The notes under the pieces are model-generated. The model made no database searches. It was not told the origin of the DNA and saw only the letters and a program-made list of their open reading frames with translations. Of a stretch of 62,477 bases of DNA, positions 54,855 through 62,477 are shown in pieces; within the stretch, counting starts at the first letter, position 1, and every line of letters begins with the position of its first letter. Source of the DNA: a virus (lineage: Duplodnaviria > Caudoviricetes); the IMG/VR virus record IMGVR_UViG_3300045999_003247, positions 1 to 62,477 of that record; one strand, 5' to 3'. The position numbers and the translations under genes are program-made.

Positions 54855-57800
54855 CTACTTCCTACCTTGCGCCCGTTGAAGGAACGCTTGCGCTTCTGAA
54901 AGCACGTCTACCGGGCCGCCTTTGGCCATTTTACGGATGAATGCGGTGTTTTTGTCTACTAGGCCGCCGTGCTTAAATGGTACCCCTTCTGACCGAATAC
55001 GCTCCGCGGCTTTCTGATCCCAAACCACGGCGCGATGCATGCGTTCCACGCCGTTGTTGTCCGTTAGCGTCACCTGATTGATATCGAATCCCGGACCAAG
55101 GTCCTTTACAACCTGTTTTAAGTTATTTGGCAGTTTTTCGTATAGTTGAGCCTGTGAAGACTCTGCCCCCGGGAACGCCACAAAGTTGTCGCCTCTCCTG
55201 ATCGCCGCTGAGATGACGTTCTTTGCCATCAACTGCTGCAGTACCTGCGAGGACCTTTCCATGGCAGGGAAAGACTCTCTTGCAGAGTAGTCATTTTTTT
55301 CTACTCTTCGCGCTAGGCTCTGTCTTCTGCGAATCTGCCTCCACATCTCGGGTTGCGTCATGCTTGGGGTTTCGAATGCATCATTAATGGCAGCTATTTC
55401 GTCGATGTCTTCTTGCCTTCCTCCAATACGGCCTTTTTCTGATATCTCACGTCTTAAGTCAGACTGAAGCTCGCTAACATAGATTCCTTTAGCGGGCCCA
55501 AAGCCGGGGATGTTGGTTTCGTGCTCCGTGAAACGACTGAAAGCAATCTGGTTGGGGGATTGGAGCCCAGAGTGACGACCCTGAAACCCTAGTGTTAAGT
55601 TTTGTTTAATGCCGCTAAACTGATCCCTTATGTCTCTTCTAACGGAAGACCTCCACGAAGTTAGGGCGTCTTTAAGTGTGTCTAGTTCGTCAGCTAATTC
55701 TCTAGCGTACTCTGTTATTTGCCGTTGTGCGTCAGACTTTCTTTGAGGGTCTGAATTTGAGTCTGTAGAAAAAGCGTCATCAAAAGCAGTCTTTGCCTTT
55801 TGGTAGGTTGGTCCTGTGTAACTATCTTCGTCAACGTCGAGGGCCTTGGCCAGAATAGGCGCTGCTTCTTTCATCCCATCCAGAACGACCCTTGAGCGGG
55901 CCTCTTCGTAGGGCATTCCAGTGTCCATATACGTTTTTAATTCTGTGCCAATCGATGGGTATAGAATCTTATCCCTAGATACGTTTATAAGATCTGATTG
56001 CTGCGTTGCTTTTTCGTACAGGTCGAGTTTTTCCATAAGAGGCTCGACCTTAGGGGCGGCTTGCGGGCTAAGTCTTTTAATCCGCTCTAAAAACCCAATA
56101 GCCGCTTCTTTTTCTGCGTTTCCACCATGTTGGATATAGATACTAAGTGCGTGTTGTGCGTTGCCCATGTCCGACACCAGCGTTTTGGTGACGTCAACTT
56201 CACCAGAGGCCGCACCTTGATTAAGGTAGATCACCCCTACCGGCTGGCCTGCTTCTGAGTATACGTTGTCGTAACTTGCGTAAAATGCCCCCTTTACGGG
56301 CTCTCGGACCTGTGTCTCAAAGTCCGCAGGGTTGTAGGGGGTCTGCAGTCGGTTTAGAAGGTCGGAGGGCTCCAACCTAGATGCGTTATCAAGGTCGGCC
56401 AGTGCGTCTTTTGCACGACTGACCTCATAGCCCCTAAACTTGCCTTCCAACTGCCCTAAGAACTGCCGTTTTGTGGTTGCACCGGGCAATGACGCCACAT
56501 ATTGGTCCAAACGACCAACAAAAGGTGCTTCTGCAGTTGGAACCGGGGTGTAGATAGAGGCTGAAGAGGCCGGTTTTGCTCGTAGCCCCATGCCAGCAGC
56601 CGCCCCGACCCCTCCTACAACCCCCCCTACCCCGGGCAATGGCGGAACCTCATACGCTGAAAGCGTATCTCCAACAGATTGCAAAAAGCCCTGCGCCCCT
56701 GAAGTTCGGGGCCGGTAGGTAAACATCTCCCCGCCAAGGGCGGTGCTTTCCGCTATTCGGCGCGACGCTTCTTCGCTGCCAAAATCGCCTCTCGCAAGGG
56801 ACTGAATCGCCCCCGCCCCAAACCCTGCGGCTTGACCCAGCAATCCTGTCGTGCCCGCCGTCCCGAGCGTAGCCAAAACCTCCAGCGGAGCAGTGATCGC
56901 CTGTGGGATTGACTCCCCGAGATACCGCTGGGATTCAGGCTTTTTTGAGTCGGTTACCTCCCCGCCCTCGGCCATACGCTTTACCGCCGCCTTTCGCAAG
57001 AACGCCTGAGCCGCGAGCAACGGGTCTTGTTCCGCCACCTCTCCGCCGTCCTTGAACCGACGCGTCATCAAATCGCCCGCACGGCCAATACTCGCCTTCA
57101 TCAACTCCGGCGACGACAGGGTCTCTGTCGTGAAATCTATCCGCTGCTGGCCCGTTTTTTGGGTCTCCATGCTCCGTGGGCCGCGGGCCGTGGACAACTC
57201 ATCAAACTCCTCGACCATGCCCCGCGCACTACCACTCGGCGTTTCGCCACTGATCGGGCGCTTTGAAGCACGACGCAAAGTGCGCTTCTTCGGCGACACC
57301 TTTATGTCCACCCTCTCCCCGCCATCCGTTGAGAGGCTGTCCAGCATCTCCTTGGCAGTCGAGAAGTTGGTGTCAACCCGACGACGCTTCATCAACGCAC
57401 GGATCGCCTCAGCGTCCACTTCCCCGCCTTCAGCAAACGCGCCTACCGCACCGGGCGACAGGATTCGATTGCCAAACCGGTCGGTGTAGTAGCCCAGCGT
57501 CTCCTGCCCGCCAAGAATCGTTGGCGTCAGGTTGGGATTGGTCGCCAACTGCATGAGCGGCACCGCACCCGTCTCCAAGCTGATCGGCCCGGGGCCCGCG
57601 ACAGGGATCGTGCCGGGCGTCAGGCCGCCCGCATTCTGCTGGAAGAACGGCGTTCCAATGCTAGAAGGCTGCATCAGCGGACCCGGCAATGCATTTGTCG
57701 CCGTAATCGGACCTGAGTTGTACAGGTCTGGGGTCGGCATCGGCGTTACAGGACTCGGAATATACGGCTGCCCCTGCGCGGCCTCCGTACTTCCCGCAGT

Positions 57801-59858
57801 CGCGCCTTGGGTCGTGCCCGCAGCTGTACCAGTGCCCGTGAAGTTAAAACGGGGCATTGTGGCAATGCCGCTCGGCGTCGTTGCTTGCCGGTAACGGGCC
57901 AGCATCCGACCTACGTCAGAGTTGGGGTCAACCGACCCGAACATGCCGCCGAAAAAGTTGTTCGCCATCTGCGACGCTTCGGTGCGGTCCTCCACGCCGT
58001 TCATGTTCTGGTCGATGAACTGCGTCGTCGTCCCGCCGGCACCCGATACAGGAGAAATCCCACCCGTAGTCGGAGTGGGAGTCGGCTCCGCAGGGGTCGG
58101 CAACGGGCTGGTAATCAAGCCCGGAGGCGGTGCCGGCGGCGGAACTACCGGGGGTGGCGGCGCAACCGGTGGCGGGGGCGGAACTACCGGGGGTGGCTCC
58201 GCAACCGGAGGCGGTGCCGGCGGCGGAGGAGGAGGAGGAGGCGGTGGCGGCGGAGGTGCAACCGGGGGAGGCACCGGAACGACTGGGGGTGGCTCCGCAA
58301 CCGGTGGCGGGGGCGGCGGAACGACTGAAGGTTCCGGAGCAGGCGGCGGTGGAGGCGGCGGCGGTGGAGGCGGTGGTGGTTCTGGTTGTGGCGCAGGAGG
58401 CGGAGTGCCGCCGCCCGTAGTGCCACCACCAGCAGTACCACCACCCGTGGTTAACTGGTTCAGCACACCGCCGCGCGCGCTGAACTCCTGCAGCGTGAGC
58501 ACCGTGCCGTCAGCAAGACGAACGCCCGTCGGAACCTGAACCGTGCCGCCGGTCGGCAGGACAACGTCCCCCATGACCAACGTGGCGCCGGCGAAACTTC
58601 CACCCGTGGCAGTGCCCGTAGTCGTGGGCGAAGTGCCGGCAGTGCCAGTGCCAGTAGCGGTTCCGCCGGGAGCGGCCGCCGCCGCTGTACGGTCCATCTT
58701 CCGCTGCATCTCCTCCTTCAGCCGTCCATACATCCCGCTTGTTGGGAGCCTGTCTACACCCGTCGGGGCAGGGGCGGGCGCAGGGGCAGGAGCAACAGGA
58801 GCCGCGGTACGGTCCATCTTCCGCTGCATCTCCTCCTTCAGTTTTCCATACAACCCGCTTGTTGGGAGCCTGTCTACACTCGTTGGAGCAGGAGCAGGGG
58901 CAGGGGCAGGGGCAGGGGCAGGGGCGGGAGCAGCGGCAGGAGCAACCGCCGCGGTACGGTCCATCTTCCGCTGCATCTCCTCCTTCAGTTTTCCATACAA
59001 CCCGCTTGTTGGGAGCCTGTCTACACCCGTTGGGGCAGGAGCCGGGGCAACAGGAGCCGGGGCAACAGGAGCCGGGGCAGGCGGCTGATATGCCGACCCA
59101 GAAATGTTTAGTTTCTCCCCGTTAGGCAGCGTTACCGTCGTCGGAAGCGGGAAAGGGTAGTCCGTTCCAGTGCCCGTGGCCCGTGTTCCAGTGCCCGCAG
59201 TAGTCCGTGCCTCCTGAGCTGCCGCTTGTTGCGCACGTTCGGCGGCTGCACGCTGCGCTGCCACTTGTTGCGCACGTTCGGCGGCTGCACGCTGCGCTGC
59301 TTCCTGAGCTGCCGCTTGTTGCGCACGTTCGGCGGCTGCACGTTGCGCTGCGGCCTGTCGCGCCGCCTCTTGTCGAGCTGCTTCCTGTCGCGCTGCCTCT
59401 TGTCGAGCTGCTTCCTGTCGCGCTGCCTCCGCCGCACGCTGGGCAGCGGCCTGCTCCGCTAGGCGCTGACGTTCCGCAGTCGCCGCACGCTCCGCTTCCG
59501 CATACTGTCGCGCCGCCTCAATCCTTGCCGCCTCTGCACGGGCAGCCGCTGCCGCACGCCCCTGCTCTGCCGCCGCCTCTGCACGCGCACGTGCAGAACC
59601 CTCGTTGCCAGAATTGCCCTGACCACGCTCAGAAGCCGTCCTTTGCGACGCCGCACGGGCCGCACGGTTAGGCGCAAACTCACGCAAACCCGTAGCAGGG
59701 TTCACGGTCCCCGAACCGCCCATCGCCCGAAGCAACTCCGCCGCGCTCGGACTCAAATACGCAAGCTCAGTGTCCCCGCCCCTGCCCGCAGCAGAAACAC
59801 GACGGATAAACTCTTCCGTGCTGCTAATTGACCCCGTACCTCTACGACCTTTCGCCAC
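54855..59858 (-). CDS. Giant multi-module repeat-rich protein (1667 aa), probably virion-internal
   Basis: GDT module, EAARQ repeats, 3x 27-aa repeat, poly-Pro, five GGxV motifs, C-terminal ELQSD domain. Confidence 0.7.
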   Translation of the reverse strand: MAKGRRGTGSISSTEEFIRRVSAAGRGGDTELAYLSPSAAELLRAMGGSGTVNPATGLREFAPNRAARAASQRTASERGQGNSGNEGSARARAEAAAEQGRAAAAARAEAARIEAARQYAEAERAATAERQRLAEQAAAQRAAEAARQEAARQEAARQEAARQEAARQAAAQRAAAERAQQAAAQEAAQRAAAERAQQVAAQRAAAERAQQAAAQEARTTAGTGTRATGTGTDYPFPLPTTVTLPNGEKLNISGSAYQPPAPAPVAPAPVAPAPAPTGVDRLPTSGLYGKLKEEMQRKMDRTAAVAPAAAPAPAPAPAPAPAPAPTSVDRLPTSGLYGKLKEEMQRKMDRTAAPVAPAPAPAPAPTGVDRLPTSGMYGRLKEEMQRKMDRTAAAAAPGGTATGTGTAGTSPTTTGTATGGSFAGATLVMGDVVLPTGGTVQVPTGVRLADGTVLTLQEFSARGGVLNQLTTGGGTAGGGTTGGGTPPPAPQPEPPPPPPPPPPPPPAPEPSVVPPPPPPVAEPPPVVPVPPPVAPPPPPPPPPPPPPAPPPVAEPPPVVPPPPPVAPPPPVVPPPAPPPGLITSPLPTPAEPTPTPTTGGISPVSGAGGTTTQFIDQNMNGVEDRTEASQMANNFFGGMFGSVDPNSDVGRMLARYRQATTPSGIATMPRFNFTGTGTAAGTTQGATAGSTEAAQGQPYIPSPVTPMPTPDLYNSGPITATNALPGPLMQPSSIGTPFFQQNAGGLTPGTIPVAGPGPISLETGAVPLMQLATNPNLTPTILGGQETLGYYTDRFGNRILSPGAVGAFAEGGEVDAEAIRALMKRRRVDTNFSTAKEMLDSLSTDGGERVDIKVSPKKRTLRRASKRPISGETPSGSARGMVEEFDELSTARGPRSMETQKTGQQRIDFTTETLSSPELMKASIGRAGDLMTRRFKDGGEVAEQDPLLAAQAFLRKAAVKRMAEGGEVTDSKKPESQRYLGESIPQAITAPLEVLATLGTAGTTGLLGQAAGFGAGAIQSLARGDFGSEEASRRIAESTALGGEMFTYRPRTSGAQGFLQSVGDTLSAYEVPPLPGVGGVVGGVGAAAGMGLRAKPASSASIYTPVPTAEAPFVGRLDQYVASLPGATTKRQFLGQLEGKFRGYEVSRAKDALADLDNASRLEPSDLLNRLQTPYNPADFETQVREPVKGAFYASYDNVYSEAGQPVGVIYLNQGAASGEVDVTKTLVSDMGNAQHALSIYIQHGGNAEKEAAIGFLERIKRLSPQAAPKVEPLMEKLDLYEKATQQSDLINVSRDKILYPSIGTELKTYMDTGMPYEEARSRVVLDGMKEAAPILAKALDVDEDSYTGPTYQKAKTAFDDAFSTDSNSDPQRKSDAQRQITEYARELADELDTLKDALTSWRSSVRRDIRDQFSGIKQNLTLGFQGRHSGLQSPNQIAFSRFTEHETNIPGFGPAKGIYVSELQSDLRREISEKGRIGGRQEDIDEIAAINDAFETPSMTQPEMWRQIRRRQSLARRVEKNDYSARESFPAMERSSQVLQQLMAKNVISAAIRRGDNFVAFPGAESSQAQLYEKLPNNLKQVVKDLGPGFDINQVTLTDNNGVERMHRAVVWDQKAAERIRSEGVPFKHGGLVDKNTAFIRKMAKGGPVDVLSEAQAFLQRAQGRK

Positions 59859-59905
59859 GGCAGCACGCCCTCATCAAGGTTAGACTTCCGCAGCCATTCT
59901 ATTCC

Positions 59906-61372
59906 TCAGTAGTATTCAGGTACAAGGGACCCGCCCTCCCGCGACTCCTCCTGAAAATCCGTCTGTAACGACACAAAATTCCCCTGCCGAAACCGCATGA
60001 TCGCCTGCGTCGTCGAGTCCACCATGTCGTCGTTGTCCCCGTTCGGAAACTCCGCACACTCCTCCACCAACTCCTCCGCCCAGTCCGTGTCCGGCGCCCA
60101 TACCATCCCCGCCTCAAACACCGGCGCAACCGAATGTGCACGACTGATCTTGTCCGTACCCGCCCTACGACCACCGGGAGTGTACATAGTCACAGGAATG
60201 CCTACGCGACGTAACTCCTGCTGCAAGGTCACGCCAGTGGCCTTAGCCTCGATCAACACATTGTCAGGGTTCCAGTGGTAATACTGTTCTTTCGCGATGC
60301 GCTTTAGCTCAGGAAAGTCCCACCGACCACGGATAACATCCAACAGAACAATGTTAGGGCCGGAGTCTTGGTCAGGGTAGAACACGCCCCACGTCGTGAT
60401 CACACTGTAGTCTGCAGTTTCCTTCTTACTGTACGCAGTGTCATAGCTCTGGATTATATAATCCACCAACGGAGGCTGCATATCAGGCCATATGCGCCAC
60501 CACTCGCGCTTCAAAATAGCACCCTCGTCGTTCGTCGGCTGCTGTTGGTACATCGCGTTCCATTTACGCACCGACAAAGACGAACGAACCGCCTCTAACT
60601 CCTCAACTTTCCAAAACTCCGGCCACAACGCCTTCCCAGACGGCAAAATCGCAGGGAACTCAATCACCTCCCACTTGTCCGCGTTGTGACTCGACTGCGC
60701 CTTCAATAACCGCGCCGTCAAATCCTTCGTCCCCCACCGCGTCATGACCAATACAATCGCCCCGCCCGGCTGCAAACGCGTGCGAGGACCACTCTGGTAC
60801 CACTCCCACGCGTTCTCCAAAGCAAGATCCGACTGCGCGTCTTGCTCCGAATGCGGGTCGTCAATGATCAAAAGGTCCGCGCCCCTCCCCGTCACCGCAC
60901 CGCCCACACCAACAGCAAAGTAACTCCCGCCGTGGCTCGTGTCCCACCGCCCAGCAGCCTTGCTGTCCGCCTTCAACTCAACGCTCGGAAACAACTCCTT
61001 GTACCGATCCGTCGCCATCAAGTCCCGGACCTTCCGGCCAAACCGAACAGCAAGCTCCGCCGTGTGCGTCGCTTCAATCGCCTGTATCCGCGGACGACGG
61101 CCCATGAAAAACGCCGGCAACAAATACGACGCAAACTCAGACTTCGTGTGCCGCGGCGGCATGTTAATGATCAACCGCTTCAACGTCCCATTCGCAATCC
61201 TGTCAAACGCCCCCGCAATACGACGGTGATGCTCGCCAAGAATCGCCTCCGGCCACACGTACCGTACAAAGTCCAGAAAGTTAGTACGGGCCTTCTCCTG
61301 CGTCTCCAAAATGGCAAGGCGGTACTCTAACTTGATCCGCTCCTCCTCAACCTCTTTCGGAACAACAGACAT
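59906..61372 (-). CDS. terL: Terminase large subunit
   Basis: MPPRHTKS Walker A, IIDDP, VMTRW, YQQ.P, SYDTA, IEAKATG, DDMVDS.TQA. Confidence 0.95.
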   Translation of the reverse strand: MSVVPKEVEEERIKLEYRLAILETQEKARTNFLDFVRYVWPEAILGEHHRRIAGAFDRIANGTLKRLIINMPPRHTKSEFASYLLPAFFMGRRPRIQAIEATHTAELAVRFGRKVRDLMATDRYKELFPSVELKADSKAAGRWDTSHGGSYFAVGVGGAVTGRGADLLIIDDPHSEQDAQSDLALENAWEWYQSGPRTRLQPGGAIVLVMTRWGTKDLTARLLKAQSSHNADKWEVIEFPAILPSGKALWPEFWKVEELEAVRSSLSVRKWNAMYQQQPTNDEGAILKREWWRIWPDMQPPLVDYIIQSYDTAYSKKETADYSVITTWGVFYPDQDSGPNIVLLDVIRGRWDFPELKRIAKEQYYHWNPDNVLIEAKATGVTLQQELRRVGIPVTMYTPGGRRAGTDKISRAHSVAPVFEAGMVWAPDTDWAEELVEECAEFPNGDNDDMVDSTTQAIMRFRQGNFVSLQTDFQEESREGGSLVPEYY

Positions 61373-61636
61373 ACATACCCCGTTTGATAAAAATTTGCGA
61401 AAAATTTTTGCACGTAAATCAGAACGAGACAAGGCGGGGGGTTAATTGCTCACGGACCGGGATTCAGTGTCTAAAATCGAGCTAAAGCCACCGCCACCGC
61501 GACCCGGGGCGTTTTTTGGGGCCCCGGGGCCCGGGCCCGGGCGCGCGCCGAGCGCTGCGGCTCGGGAGCCGCGGACCGTGCGCCGACGCCGGCGGGCCGG
61601 GAGCCGGGAGCCGGGAGCCGTGCGCACAAATACCGC

Positions 61637-61665
61637 TTGACGTGCGGGGCGCGTCGCGGTCAAAT
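61637..61665 (+). promoter_or_regulatory. Sigma70-like promoter of the terminal cassette
   Basis: TTGACG-N17-TCAAAT; CTATACAG at 61676-61683. Confidence 0.4.
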
Positions 61666-61699
61666 CCGCGTGGTCCTATACAGCCAGACGGAGTCTAGA

Positions 61700-61873
61700 A
61701 TGAGAACGATCGACATGACGCCCACGTGGAGCGACATCGCGCCCGTGCTGTTCCGCATTATCCGCGACGCGGATAAGAGCGATTCGCTACGCACGGCGTA
61801 CGACGAATTGCTTCGCATGGCCGCGCTCGCCGACCGCGCCGTTGCGGCGGCAAAAGCGGAGGCCGAAGCATGA
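61700..61873 (+). CDS. Small hypothetical early protein (57 aa)
   Basis: GGAG SD; MRTIDMTPTW...ELLRMAALAD; followed by a terminator. Confidence 0.7.
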   Translation: MRTIDMTPTWSDIAPVLFRIIRDADKSDSLRTAYDELLRMAALADRAVAAAKAEAEA

Positions 61874-61891
61874 CCACAGAACAGCACGACG

Positions 61892-61919
61892 AAGGGCGCC
61901 AGTAGGCGCCCTTTTTTTT
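61892..61919 (+). terminator. Rho-independent terminator
   Basis: Identical to 253-280. Confidence 0.85.
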
Positions 61920-61964
61920 CGCTCGCGATCCGCGCGCCGAGGCGCGCGAACCACGGACCACGGA

Positions 61965-62477
61965 TCACGCGCCGAGGCGCACGACGAAGCCTGACACGTC
62001 CGCCCGGGCCGGGCCCTTGGCGCGCAGACCCACGACGACGTTGGCCGGATCCGTGAAGCGCAGGTCCGTCAGATCTCCATCGATGACGCGCGCGCCCCCC
62101 CAGAACAGCGGAAGCGGCGCGCCGCGGGCCGTGTCGAAAACCACGGCGACGTTGCGCCCGTGATCGAGCGCGCCGAGCGCTTTACGCGAGTACGCTGGAT
62201 TGGCGCCCGAGTAACTGACAGTCAAGTGATAGTTCGCCGGAACCTTGCGCCCCGGGAGTTTCGTGTAATCGTAAAATTGCACGGCCGGGAATTGCTCAAA
62301 CAGCGTCTTCCCGTCGCTTCCGCGCAGGTTCTCCCACGCGATGTCGCTGGTACCGTTGAGCCGTACCGCGAGCCGTACCGCTTGGCGATCCGCTTTCCGC
62401 AAAGCAATCCGAATATCGGCGGCGATCGCATCCACGAAGGCGACCGGGTCGCGCTTGAAAGCCTCCGTCTTCGCGGC
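61965..62477 (-). CDS. GP88-like protein, second allele (5'-truncated by the window end)
   Basis: Same protein as 290-991 with four amino-acid changes in the overlap. Confidence 0.75.
   Translation of the reverse strand, partial: AAKTEAFKRDPVAFVDAIAADIRIALRKADRQAVRLAVRLNGTSDIAWENLRGSDGKTLFEQFPAVQFYDYTKLPGRKVPANYHLTVSYSGANPAYSRKALGALDHGRNVAVVFDTARGAPLPLFWGGARVIDGDLTDLRFTDPANVVVGLRAKGPARADVSGFVVRLGA

Larger units (their letters stand above)
61479..62477 (+). repeat. Right copy of imperfect terminal direct repeat
   Basis: Matches 6-802. Confidence 0.95.

Noticed and set aside
1-62477. Integrase, repressor, tRNA or alternative genetic code
   Set aside because: None recognised by eye; genes are long and abut under the standard code, with TAA, TAG and TGA all used as stops (a tRNAscan/HMM search would be definitive)

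Overview
This looks like a near-complete, high-GC, ~61.5-kb tailed dsDNA phage genome, probably podovirus-like (no tape-measure, tail-tube or sheath genes seen). The ends are imperfect direct repeats (6-802 vs 61479-62477), consistent with a circular map assembled from two divergent alleles. Nearly all genes lie on the - strand. Modules: an early/variable region (GP88-like, DUF932) lying between terS and terL on the circular map; a putative origin at ~4.4-4.9 kb; small accessory genes (DUF3310, MazG-like, secreted FN3, Gly-Tyr repeat protein); replication (PolA with Leu762, UvrD helicase, AEP primase, SSB-like, plus divergent SNF2 helicase and PD-(D/E)XK exonuclease); four internal/ejection proteins; tail and fibre genes; head genes (MCP, scaffold, GroES, portal); lysis; a 1667-aa repeat-rich protein; terL. 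From memory, the gene order resembles the HTVC023P/vSAG-37-F6-like group (unverified). No integrase, tRNA, CRISPR array or RT was recognised. Most notable: (i) a [MFY]xxGGxV motif repeated ~15 times in five unrelated late proteins (candidate capsid-addressing signal); (ii) a riboswitch-like leader with an anti-SD loop ahead of the ejection-protein operon; (iii) twin secreted FN3 proteins, one where spanins would be expected; (iv) promoter-hairpin-CTATACAG early cassettes with an exchangeable slot at the genome end. All calls come from manual motif recognition; no searches were run.
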